From assembly GCF_006345805.1 (NCBI RefSeq), contig NC_043008.1, forward strand, positions 73,966,001-74,030,000: DNA of 64,000 bases, written 5' to 3'. Both the position numbers and the translations under genes were made by a program. The DNA is from Octopus sinensis (lineage: Eukaryota). Under the pieces are notes generated by a model. That model was not told where the DNA came from. It worked only from the letters and a program-made list of their open reading frames with translations, and did no database searches. Shown here piece by piece: positions 11,515 through 22,869 of this stretch. Numbering within the stretch: position 1 is the first letter of the stretch; each line of letters begins with the position of its first letter.

Positions 11515-13097
11515 AGTAACATAGTTTTAGGAGAAATTACCGGTTTCGTCTAAACTTTTCAAATTTCTCAAATGTCTTTACCTACATCGTGTTATGTCTT
11601 CGTTATGAAGTGCAAAGAAGAGTCCCAGGCAGGGGGAGGTAATAAGGGATTTCTTCCGATATAAGGGAGATAATCGTTTTATATTTCTTTTCCCTTTTTT
11701 TTATTTGTTTTTCTAATTTTAGTAGACCAAACTGCGCAACATGCCCAAACCTTCTAGAAGGATCAGAATTCCTTTTCAAAGAGGGACAAAAATTCTAATT
11801 TTTCTTGTGCTTCTGAAAACATAATTTATGTCATAAGATGCTCGGGCTGCCCCCAAAACTTCGTAGGGTCCACGGGATTATCACTCAGACGCAGATGCAC
11901 TCTGCATCGACAACAGATTGCATTCCCAGAATACAGAATGATACCCTTTAGTGTGCATATTGAGAAATGCGCAAAGCAACTACTACCACTATTTTTTATC
12001 TTTCCATTCTATCAATATGCTATTGGAACACCAACACAAATTAGATTAAACAAGGAAACATTCTTCATTGAAAAATATAAGCCTGAACTTAACCATCCTA
12101 ACATTCTTATACTGAGAAACTGATCTCATTAAAAAAAGGGAAAAGAAATATAAAGCTATTATCTCCCTTATACCGGAAGAAATCCCTTATTACCTCCCCC
12201 TGCCTGGAACTCTTCTTTGCACTGCATAACGAAAACATGACACGATATATATATATATTCCACCACCGCCTAAAAAACACCTTAACACGCTTCCTTTCTG
12301 CTGCTTTCAGCATTTCATTAATATATAAATATATAAACATATAAAAGGCCACACTTTTTGACATTTGGTGTGGGAATAGTGGAAGGTAATTTAGTGCTGG
12401 TGAGGAATTTGAGAGACTTTGATTGTCTTTTACTCTTGATTATTTTGTGTATTTCGTATGCTTGTCTTATTAATATTGTAAAACATTGTTTTTTAGGTTG
12501 TGTGTTATAATAAAGGTAGAGTATTGGACGTACTTGGAGCGTTTTACCTTTTAGCAGTACGTGGATATCTATTGCTTTGGCACGCTCTATTCAGTTATAT
12601 ATCAACATTAATGGATATTGTTTTTAAGTAGTATTGTTTTGATTCCTGGAGTCGGAGCAACTTTTCTCCCCGTCGCATTTCTAGGTACCTGTTTGTAAAT
12701 ATTGCCATCGAAGTCAAAAGTTGCGCCAGCCTAGTTATGTCATATATAGAGTTCCAGATATATGAACAATCTATATATCTACTAGAAAACTGGAAACGTT
12801 ACCTAGTTGACTGCCTAATACTGTGGACCCACACAATAGAATAATTTACCGATTTCAAAAGCCTTATCAACTTCACCATGAAATGCAGTAAAACAACATT
12901 CCTGGACATACCAATCACCAAAAGAGATAAAAACATTGAAACAGACAGTTATTACAAACAAACAGATACTAAACAATACCTACTGTTCTCTGCATGCCAT
13001 CCGAAAGACACGAAGAATAATATTCCATTTAATCTAGCAAGAAGAATCTGCACAATTGTCTCAAAGCTTGAAACTCGCAACAGAAGAATCCAGGAAT
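11515..13097. mobile_element. Penelope-like element broken into segments of alternating orientation (RT C-terminus, thumb, linker, GIY-YIG, terminal repeat)
   Basis: Plus strand 11724-12123: RPNCATCP...CASENIIYVIRCSGCPQNFVGST...LHRQQI...FFIEKYKPELN (GIY-YIG). Minus 12650-12348: linker ending PNVKKCG. Minus 12722-12651: FDFDGNIYKQ..KVAP. Plus 12716-13097: LVMSYIE...FLDI...YYKQTDTKQYLLFSACHP...IPFNLARRICTIVS (thumb). ~115-bp inverted repeat at 11585-11700 / 12130-12246. Confidence 0.85.
11531..11569 (-). ncRNA. Decayed minimal type-I hammerhead ribozyme in a Penelope terminal repeat
   Basis: Minus strand: GAGAAAT-TTGAAAA-GTTTAGAC-GAAA-CCGG-TA-ATTTCTC. Perfect 7-bp helix I and palindromic helix III (ACCGGT); the CTGANGA box carries C>T and G>A changes. 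Confidence 0.6.
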
Positions 13098-13539
13098 ATA
13101 TGTACGTATATATGTATGTATGTACGTATGTATGCATGTATGTATGTATGTATGTATGTACGTGTGTAAGTGTGTATGTACGTATGTATGTATGTATGTT
13201 TATGTATATACATACAGGCACACAGACACACACAATCGCTTGTATGCGTACATATGTACACATAAAAACACATGTACACATTCTTGTATATTAGTATGAA
13301 CAAAGGATATAAAATATGTTTGTTTTTTTTTAATTTTTTGTGACCAGAATAAAGATTTCAGACGGTTTCAGCTGGGGATTTTGTTAAGAACTAGATCCAT
13401 TCGATGCAAACAGAATGACGAAGAAGCGAAACACGACCAAGTCGCGTAACTTTGCTCCAATGAAATACTTTAATACTAATATTAGTTGTGATAATTATGA
13501 TGACGACGACGACAACGATGATAATATTAATAGATAATA

Positions 13540-13563
13540 ACAACAAAAACAACAATAATGATG

Positions 13564-13645
<82 letters not shown>
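13540..13645. repeat. (AAT)n microsatellite
   Basis: Directly visible. Confidence 0.98.
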
Positions 13646-13646
<1 letters not shown>

Positions 13647-14318
13647 CAACATATATAAATATTGTGAGTGTATGGGAGTATTGTTAACTGAAGGAATTAT
13701 TTGTCATGACATATACGTGTCTCACACTGTTTTAGCATCATAAACTCTACCTCTGCTTGCCAATTATATGAGACTAATGTGGATGTTATCAATTTAGAAT
13801 TAAAGTGTTTCACCACGAACACAGCCAAACGTCTGTAAAATCATACGATCCACTGCTTCATCTATTCACGAATACGGCGGGGATTCATGTTTAAATTACA
13901 TTAGTTTTTGAAATTCTATTCGAAATGTAGCCCATTATTAACATTATCTTTTGTTCGTCTATAAACAGTCACCCCCAGTGGTGTGTGCGATAGACATAAT
14001 GTTAATGAATATAAATGATGCATTCACTAGTTACTGCTGTCAAAAGACATCAGATGCATGACAATTGCAGTAAACATGTGGGCTTCTGATTCGCTGCTAA
14101 AATATACAATTGAATTTAAAGATATTAAGCAAAGACTAGCAACCTGCGCGATGATAAATGACTGAAGGAATAGCGAATTTTACAGTACATGTAGATACAC
14201 ACGAAAACACACAGGCGCAAAAGCATATAAATACACATGTGTGTGCCTATATTTATTTACACGCACAACCACGCACGCGCACATATAGATAGATATGAAA
14301 ATATCTACAGGCATATAT

Positions 14319-14360
<42 letters not shown>

Positions 14361-14989
14361 CCGATATTGCGCAATTTACGTAGAAGGTTATGTAATAGTT
14401 TTACACGTGAATATAAAAGTACGTTACATACACATGCATATGCGTGTGTATGTATATACACACATACACACACAAATATACATGCATATGTTTGTCCACT
14501 CGTTTATATATGTGTGTTGTACAGATAGATAGCTAGATAGATAGATAGAGAGAGAGAGAGAGAGGGAGAGAGAGAGAGAGAGAGAGAAAGATATATATAT
14601 ATATATATATAAACATATATAGATACTGTATTCTTGTTCGTAATATACATTTAAATAAAATGCGGATATACTCATTGGTTTATTCTCCTATACGTATAGC
14701 CAAACAGATAATATGGAAACGAGGCTGGCATACAGATCGATGCGGGCACGGTTATGTTTTAGATGTTATGTCCCATGTTTCACTGTCAAAACTTTCTATC
14801 GCACCGACAATCTTTCTTTCGCAGTACTGTAGGTGTTTGTAGCTTCATACTTTCAAGCCGTCAACATTCACATGCTAAACTAAATACATTTGACCGTCAC
14901 GATTGGACTGCACAAGAATGTGTGCGTGTGTGTGTTTGTACGTATGTGTGTATGTTTGTATGTATGTGTTTGTGAATGTTTATGTGTGT

Positions 14990-15112
14990 GAAGATACTGT
15001 AGAATCGTGAAGTTATGTACCTTGCTGAAGGATATAATTTTACTTTCACCCTAGTAATCGAACCAGCAACCTTGTGATCATGAGCCCCAAACCCTAGCCA
15101 CTATACTATGCT
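14990..15112 (-). mobile_element. tRNA-like SINE head
   Basis: Minus strand: GCATAGTATAGTGGCTAGGG (A box) ... GGTTCGATTACTAGGG (B box). No cloverleaf or acceptor stem, so not a tRNA gene. Confidence 0.6.
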
Positions 15113-15144
15113 GCTACCTGGTGTTGTATGTACAGACGTGACTG

Positions 15145-15295
15145 TATCATTAGCAGTTTGCTTCCCAACCACATGGTTTCGGCTTCGGTCCTGCCGGACG
15201 GTATATTTTGGCAGGTGGCTTCTTCTATAACCCCGAGTTGGCCAATACCTTGTGAATGTATTTGATAGATGAAAACTGAAAGAGGTCCAATGGAT
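15145..15295 (+). mobile_element. SINE family A, 5' half (diverged)
   Basis: TTTGCTTCCCAACCACATGG...CCTTGTGAATG...GAAAACTGAAAGA aligns to 30880-31015. Confidence 0.7.
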
Positions 15296-17899
15296 ATATA
15301 TGTATATATATATTGCTATATTTGAGGATATTCAATATTTTTTGGCCAAATAAACACACGAACTAAATATTCTTTCTTCACTTGTTTATTACTGTTCTTA
15401 TTTTAACTCGTGTTCATTGCCCGGAAATCTTTCGTCACACATCTGTGACCTCTTTATTCATACTTTCCGTCCTCGTGTGTGCTCCTGCTCCGTTTTGTCT
15501 ATTATGTTCCTGTATGATGTGTATTATTCTATGCACATACGTTTGTATCTGTATTTATATGTGCGTACATGTGTCATTGCACATGTGTGTGAGCGTACAT
15601 GTGCGTGAGTGTGCATGTGTGTGAGTATACATGTGTGTATGTGCGTGTGCGTACGCGTGTCTATGCTTTTCGCATGTGTGCTTTGTGTGTATCTATGGGC
15701 TTATACCCTTCATATTGTTGTCATCGGTATTGACATTGTTCTTAGTAGCACTATGACCCTCCCCACACGCCGTCCCTTCTCCAGTCGTCACTGCTGTTTC
15801 CCTTCATCGTTTCTGTATCTCTGTGTTTGTGTGCTCGCTCACTCTGTTACCATGGTAGTAGCTGTTGTTGTTGTTTTGTTGTTGCTGTTGTTCATGGCAT
15901 TATTGATGTTGCTGCGGCCGTTTGTGAAGTTACTCTATGTGTATCTGTGTATGTGTATACGTGTTCCCTTACTATGTTGTTTGTATTCGTGACCTTTATA
16001 TACTTTTTGTTTTCCTATTTATCTCAATTTCTTAGATTTATCATAGGCATGTGACTATTTGTCTATTGTGTGTGTATTACACTGCTTGTATCTGTTTTTT
16101 TTTTCTCCTTCCTGCCTTTAGACGTCGTGTTTCGTGGTGGTGGTGGTGGTGGTGGTGGGTTTTATTGTTTCGTTTGTGTTTCCTGTTGAGGCTCGGTCTG
16201 TCTATTGCAATTTGTGTAGCCTCTATAATCTAAGTTTTGTGTCAGTTCTATGCGTTGATAATAATACATTAACCAGTATGTTATTAACCGGGCCTCTATG
16301 TTCTGCTTAATCATGTATCTTTACACCCACCACTAGGACTTTGTTGTGCTGATAGCACTAAAAGTAATAATATCGATCCCCATCAGAAATAAACCGCCCT
16401 CCTATCAAATCCTCGATCATCTTTGTAAATGAAACGCTTGATAAAGTTTCTTAGGTTCCATGAACAGAGGAAAACTATGGGATGTCTGTTTTCATGAGAC
16501 TACTCGATGACTGCAGAAATCGGGATAGGCAATAACTACAAAAATGACAGTACTGTCACTGCCACTACACGACTGCCACCCCACCCTCACCACCACCATC
16601 GCTTCCAACGCTACTGCAGATATCACACTACACAACACCACCACTTGCATCTTGACACCACCACCACTAATCTAACCTCCACCAACACTATCACAGCCAG
16701 TACACTGCAACCACACTGATCACTAACTAAACATTAATATCAAAACCACCGCTACTGCCATAACTATCATCACCATCATCCACAACAGAAATAATGGACC
16801 TGCTAATTGTATATGAAAATAATGTGATATTGTAAGTAATATGGCCGAAGTAGATTAAGTATCATTTGCTGATGTCTTCCGGTGGCAGCGGTTGTGTTAC
16901 CGGAAGCTGTCACTATATCGTTAACTGGATCGTATAGATCTTCGCTGCAGGTTTACCAAATGTATTTTACCCAATACAGCCTTAACAGATATACTTGTCA
17001 CATCACCATCACAATTAAGGTGTTATGATTGTGTAAGTGCGTTTAAATGATTGTATTACTTTGTGGAGGAGGTATATGAAACATATATCTACGGCCCGTA
17101 TGTAGAACTCTGTTTAGAAAATGTAGTAATCATAATGCATAAAAGTGAATACACGACATTTTGCATTGGGATTCAATTTCCTTTTCTTTTTGGACTTCGA
17201 GCGATTACTGACAGGTTTGTGGTCATCTGAGTTGGAGGGCGAATGCATATGTGTGTTTCTGTGTGCGTGCGTATATGTAAACTTGCACTCGTGTAATGGA
17301 TATACCTCACTTCGAGTTTTCTTTATTATAGTTTATTTGTGTGCGTGTGAGTATTCTACATGCAGGTGGGGTGATGCATAGCTTTAACCCAGATGCCTTA
17401 AATGAGAAATCCGTGGAGTATTTCACAATATTTTACTCAAATCACTATATTATTGCATGTGGAGAATACGAATCAATGTGGTCTCTGTATATATATCTTT
17501 ATATATAAAACTGAAATGCGTTTTTACCGCTTGGATCGCTTTCAATGCCACTACATCCCGTCCGATTCGCTCCAAAATTTACAGGGACATGTAGAATGAG
17601 GTGACGATGCGCGTGGGCTACCTTAGAAATCCCTATCTTAAAAGGTGTGGTTGCTAGGGGCCATCTTCCTCACTCACCCTATTTCCTCCTTTCCCTCTCT
17701 TACTCCTCTTCATAACTTTCAGAAGTCCACTACGGTTATTTAAAGTATCTGTCACTATCGCTATTTCCTTTCTTTTTCACTGACTCTGTTTCCTACCTTC
17801 CTATCACTTCGGCGACGTTCTTTTAAGTATATGTCTGTCACCAACAATCAACACACGAGCATGACAACAAATATTATGAATCAGATATTCTTGCGTTCA

Positions 17900-18290
17900 T
17901 TTATATGTGTGTGTGTGTGTGTGTGCGTTCTATATATATATATGTATATATAATGCATGTGTGTGTGTTCTATATATAAATATGTATATATAATGTATGT
18001 GTGTGTGTGTTCTATATATAAATATGTATATATAATGTATGTGTGTGTGTGTGTGTGTGTGTGCGTTCTATATATATATATGTATATATAATGCATGTGT
18101 GTGTGTTCTATATATAATATGTATATATAATGTATGTGTGTGTGTGTGTGTTCTATATATAAATATGTATATAATGTATGTGTGTGTGTGTGTGTGTTCT
18201 ATATATAAATATGTATATATAATGTATGTGTGTGTGTGTGTTCTATATATAAATATGTATATATAATGTATATATACAAAGTGTATATAT
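17900..18290. repeat. ~40-bp compound minisatellite (TG)n-TTCTATATATAAATATGTATATATAATGTA
   Basis: About ten variable units visible inside the non-autonomous Helitron. Confidence 0.9.
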
Positions 18291-18420
18291 CTGTATTTAT
18301 GTATATTAAACTTTTTCATACTTTTTCATTGTTATATATATTTTTAAACAAATTATAAATATAATTTCATAATTTTTATTTTCAATTTAAATAATTTAAA
18401 GTTTTCAATTTTATATTTTA

Positions 18421-19435
18421 CTAGCAGTATCGCCCGGCGTTGCTCGGATTTGTAAGGGAAATAACTATATAAGCATTTTTAGTGAGTTATAGCAAAAAAA
18501 TAGCAAAAAATGCATTAAAGATGGAATAAAAAATGATAGTAATTTCTTTTTTAAATCGTTGACTCATCGTAGACATTTTTAGAGAGTTACTTCACTTATA
18601 TAATAGCGAAAAATGCATTAAAATGGAATTAAAAAATTATGGTAATTTTTTTTTAATCGTTGACTCATCGTAGACATTTTTAGAGAGTTACTTCCCTTAT
18701 ATAATAGCGAAAAATGCATTAAAATGGAATAAAAAATGATGGTAATTTTTTTTTAAATCGTCGAGTCATCGTAGACGCGCGCTAATACCCAGAAGGGCTC
18801 GATATGAATCACGACTATAAGATACCCGGTTTTGGTTACACTGCACCGCAAAATGTGGGAGTAGTTAGGAATCTAAATCGTAGGAGACAGACACACAACC
18901 TTACTTTTATATATAAAGATTTGTGCAACAACTAAAACATTCGGTTGTGCAAATTGTTTGCACAGGAAACCTGCCCTGTGTGGCGGTTTTTGCCGTTTTT
19001 GTGGATCTGTTTCAGCTTTTTTAGCGATCTCTGTTTTGGCGACTTCAAGCCATGAAGTCGTTGTTCTAAAAGAACGCTGGTCTCCTTCACAACGCATTAC
19101 GACGTTGATTTCCTTACACTCCCTTCCACACAGCTTCACGAGGGAGGGAAGAAGGGGAAGAAGCAACACAGGTGCAGGCGTGAGCGTGGACGCCAACTCC
19201 GCCGCCATCGACACACGAAAAAATATACATTAAAATGGAATAAAAAATGATGTTAAATTATTTTTAAAATCGTAGACTCATCGTAGACGCGCGCTAATAC
19301 CCAGACGGGCTCGATATAAATCACGACTATAAGATACCCGAATTTGGTTAAACTGCACCGCAAAATGTGGGAGTAGTTAGGAATCTAAATCGAAGGGGAC
19401 AGACACTCACACAACTACAGTTTTATATATATAGA
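18421..19435 (-). mobile_element. Non-autonomous Helitron, second family, composite with two 5' ends, nested antisense
   Basis: 3' CTAG at 18421-18424 preceded (minus strand) by hairpin CCGAGCAACGCCGGG. 5' TC starts at 18919 and 19435. 19222-19435 duplicates ~18715-18919. Three ~100-bp internal tandem repeats at 18490-18780. Confidence 0.8.
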
Positions 19436-19578
19436 TATATTTTCTATGTTATATTTTCTTTTTTTATGTTTTTGTTTTTGGTTTTTCACTGTTTGATTTG
19501 CCTATTAGTGGTTTTATCTCTAATTTAATTTATACAGATATATATCTCATTTGTATACATTTGTATATATAATGCTTG

Positions 19579-19614
<36 letters not shown>

Positions 19615-20444
19615 CACACATATATATATGTGTGCATTACGTAGTCGGTCGATTCACCTGAAAATATGCACACCTATGTTAAAGGTGCTGACAAGTTTGC
19701 ATGACAACTATTTTTTTCCTCAAACGAAAGGCGTCACCTCTAGGACAAAATTCCTCATCTTATAAAATGTGGCCCCAGTACACCCGAATGAAATCGGGTT
19801 ATATTAACCAAAATGTGAATAGGGGTCTAAATGGGGCTGGAAGGGGATTAAAATTTCAAAGAGCGGGTGTTTAGGAATTCTCTGTTGCATCAAGCTAAAA
19901 AAATTGCGCCAGCCTTTTAATCGTCAATGTGTTGCCGTCCATGATAAAGAAGTTTTGAATGCTTGCCATGGTGAGTCTACTGTCGTGAGAAAGAATCACT
20001 TCAAAACTTGGTGTTTACGAATTTTCTTTTACATCAAGTTCAAAATTTTACGCCAGCCGTTAAACTGTCACTACGTTGCTGTCCGTCGTTAACAAATGCC
20101 AGCCATGGTGACTCTACTATCCTCAGATTCTATCCCTTCAAACTTTGGTTTCCAATATTTTATTATTTTTATTCAGCTCGCAAGTTCGTCTGTCCCTTTT
20201 GAATGTTAGCGTTATGCTGTCTGCCTTGAAGCAAACCTTTCCATTGCCACTGCCTCATATTTCTGATTGATCTTTCTAAATATTTTATTTCTCAACTTAC
20301 TCAAGATCTTCTGTTGTTTATAAATGGGAGAGAGATAGATAAAGATAGAGAGTAAGAGAAAGCGAGGGAGAGTCCGAGAGAAAAGAAAAGTAAGAGAGTG
20401 GGAAAGTGAGAGAGAAAGGAGAGAGAAACAAATACAGAAAATCA

Positions 20445-20760
20445 TCATCATCATCATCGTTTAACGTCCGTTTTCCGTGCTAGCACGGGTTGGGCAGTGT
20501 GACCGGGGTCTCGGAAGCTAGGAGGCTGCACCAGGCTCCAGTCTGATCTGGCAGTGTTTCTACAGGTGGATGACCTTCCTAACGCCAACCACTCTGTGAG
20601 TGTAGTGAGTGCTTTTTTCGTGCCGCCGGCACTGGTGCCAGGGGGGCTCGCAGTGGCAACGATCGGTTGGTGATTTTTACGTGCCACCGGCACAGAAGCA
20701 AGTCAAGGCGGTGCTGCAATCGGCCACGTTTGGATGGTGCTTTTTACGTGCTGAAAGAAG
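20445..20760 (-). mobile_element. SINE or LINE-tail element with RTE-type 3' end and (GAT)n tail
   Basis: Plus strand begins (CAT)n-CGTTTAACGTCCG and contains GGATGACCTTCCTAACGCCAACCAC, the GGATGCCCTTCC-type motif of RTE-derived tails. Ends ~50 bp before the Helitron CTAG. Confidence 0.7.
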
Positions 20761-20818
20761 CAACAGAAAGTAACACCCACACTCTTACCCGCGCGTAGAG
20801 CGGGTCACCTTCAGCTAG

Positions 20819-20886
<68 letters not shown>

Positions 20887-21119
20887 TGTGTATGTATATG
20901 TGTGTGTGTGTATGGGTACATATATATGGGTACAACTGTGTAAACAACATGAACTACGAAAACAAACGAGTTAAATACGCAGACAACGAGAGAAAATGGT
21001 AAACAGGGCAAGCAACACAGAAAACGACCCATCATCAGTTGTCGACTGTATATCTACTCCTCATTTCGAGCATTCAATGACAATGTGAGTTTTCGAAGAC
21101 AGTTATCTCCATAAATTGT

Positions 21120-21245
21120 ATTTAGGCACAAGGCCAACAAATTCGAGGCGTGGAATTAGCCGGTAACATCGACTCCAGTTTTGACTGGTAGTTTTATCTT
21201 ATCCACCCTGTAGAGATACAAGATAATGTTTACTCCAGCTAGGTT
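21120..21245 (-). mobile_element. SINE family B fragment
   Basis: GGCACAAGGCC..AAATT...ATCGACTCCAGT...ACTGGTA, homologous to 50283-50490. Confidence 0.55.
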
Positions 21246-21571
21246 GGATAATGCAGAAATAACGGTTAAAAAAAGGTAGTATATCTGATAGTCGAGAGAT
21301 GAGGACAAGTAGCCAAAAAGTTTATGATTTAGTGCGTATATATATTTAAACTTCCCTAACTCATATATGGTGATTTTTCCCTTAAATCGAAATTACCAGT
21401 CTTTTCACATAAACACTGTGCATGGCTTTTGAATTCAAAGCTTGATTGTGTAGATAGAAGTGAAAACATCTCTATTGCCGATCGGGATTCATGCTAGCCT
21501 CAAGGCAAATTATCCAAAATACTATGCAGTGCATTATTAAATAATGTTTTGATTTCTATCTATAGGAATAT

Positions 21572-21633
21572 TTCCCCTGACGAGACGAATGGGACCCTTA
21601 AGTGGTCCCTAACGCCGAGATTGCAATTGGGAA
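21572..21633 (+). ncRNA. Minimal type-I hammerhead ribozyme motif with one core substitution (GAAA>GAGA)
   Basis: TTCCC-CTGACGA-GACG.AAT.GGGACC.CTTAAGT.GGTCCC.TAA.CGCC-GAGA-TTGCAA-TT-GGGAA. 5-bp helix I, two-part helix II, palindromic helix III (ATTGCAAT). Confidence 0.65.
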
Positions 21634-21859
21634 TTAACCAATTATTTTTAAGTTGTGGATTCTATTTGCCATGTCACCCGAAGACAGTTTTTATCGAGAG
21701 GAGAAATAACATGAGTGATATTTTGGCTTTATAACGGTTTTGGCTGCTATTTTAACATGTAAGGATTTTTTAAAACCTCTGATAACATAATTTGGCCAGT
21801 GATATATTCATAAATAATCTTTATTTATAGTATATCCTTCGTATTTTTTTACATTACTC

Positions 21860-21897
21860 ACCTTCCAATACATATATGTATATATGTATTGGAAGGT
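21860..21897. repeat. Perfect 17-bp-arm palindrome
   Basis: ACCTTCCAATACATATA-TGTA-TATATGTATTGGAAGGT. Confidence 0.9.
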
Positions 21898-21898
21898 T

Positions 21899-21934
<36 letters not shown>

Positions 21935-22384
21935 ATATGTATATATATGTGTGTGCGTGTGAGTATACCCAAAGGGACAGACAAACAGACAGGCAGGATT
22001 ATGCTATATTTATTCTAGACAGTCCCCTTTTACTGAATTTTCACTGCAGTTAGTCAATAGGTTACTGTTAACTCAATATTATTAGCCTGAGTCACCAATA
22101 TCTTTTATACTGGGTTTGCAATATTGTTTATACTGCATTTCCAGTATCTTTTATGCAGAGCTAACAATATTATTTACCCTTACGATCAAAATAAGCAACA
22201 CCTACATCTGTATTATGAATGTCATAATTGCGACGAGTGATATAGAACGTGCGCATACATACGTAACTGCGAGTCTGTGTGTACACAGGCACACTGAAAC
22301 ACGGACACATGTACTAACATATATCTATACATACAAATGTAGATATATATGAATCTATATCTATCTACCTTTCTCTCTCTCTCC

Positions 22385-22451
<67 letters not shown>

Positions 22452-22506
22452 TTATATAATATACATATGCATATTTATATATATATATATATACATGTAT
22501 ATATAC

Positions 22507-22571
<65 letters not shown>

Positions 22572-22586
22572 AACATACGTACATGC

Positions 22587-22617
<31 letters not shown>

Positions 22618-22869
22618 TACATACTACGTGTGTATGACAGCGTGTATACCGTTCTGTGCGTATGTGGTTGCAAGAATACTCTCTTCATTTGGCCAGTAGT
22701 GCCGTGAGGAATCTTACAATTTCCTCCGACGAATCCAAAGATCATGAAAGAGATTTCATAGCAATTTCCTTGTAATTTCCATTTCTATCAGAGAATATAT
22801 TACGTGTTAGAAATGGTCTCTCGGCGTCTCCTCTTTCTTCAGAGTGGAGAACGAACGCCATAGGCGAAT

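Larger units (their letters stand above)
17496..20818 (+). mobile_element. Non-autonomous Helitron sharing both termini with the element at ~37760-44004, with nested insertions
   Basis: 5' A|TCTTTATATATAAAACTGAAATGCG. The first ~190 bp are nearly identical to 37762-37960. The 3' end has hairpin ACCCGC-GCGTAGA-GCGGGT (20787-20805), 9 nt, then CTAG|T (20815-20818). No Rep or helicase coding sequence. Confidence 0.85.

Noticed and set aside
13405-13460. ATGACGA-AGAAGC-GAAA-CACGAC..GTCGCG-TA hammerhead-like string
   Set aside because: C3 is missing, helix II is at most 1 bp and helix I is out of register; too decayed to support.
14990-15112. tRNA gene (also considered at 62582)
   Set aside because: Only A and B boxes are retained, with no acceptor stem or cloverleaf; these are SINE heads.
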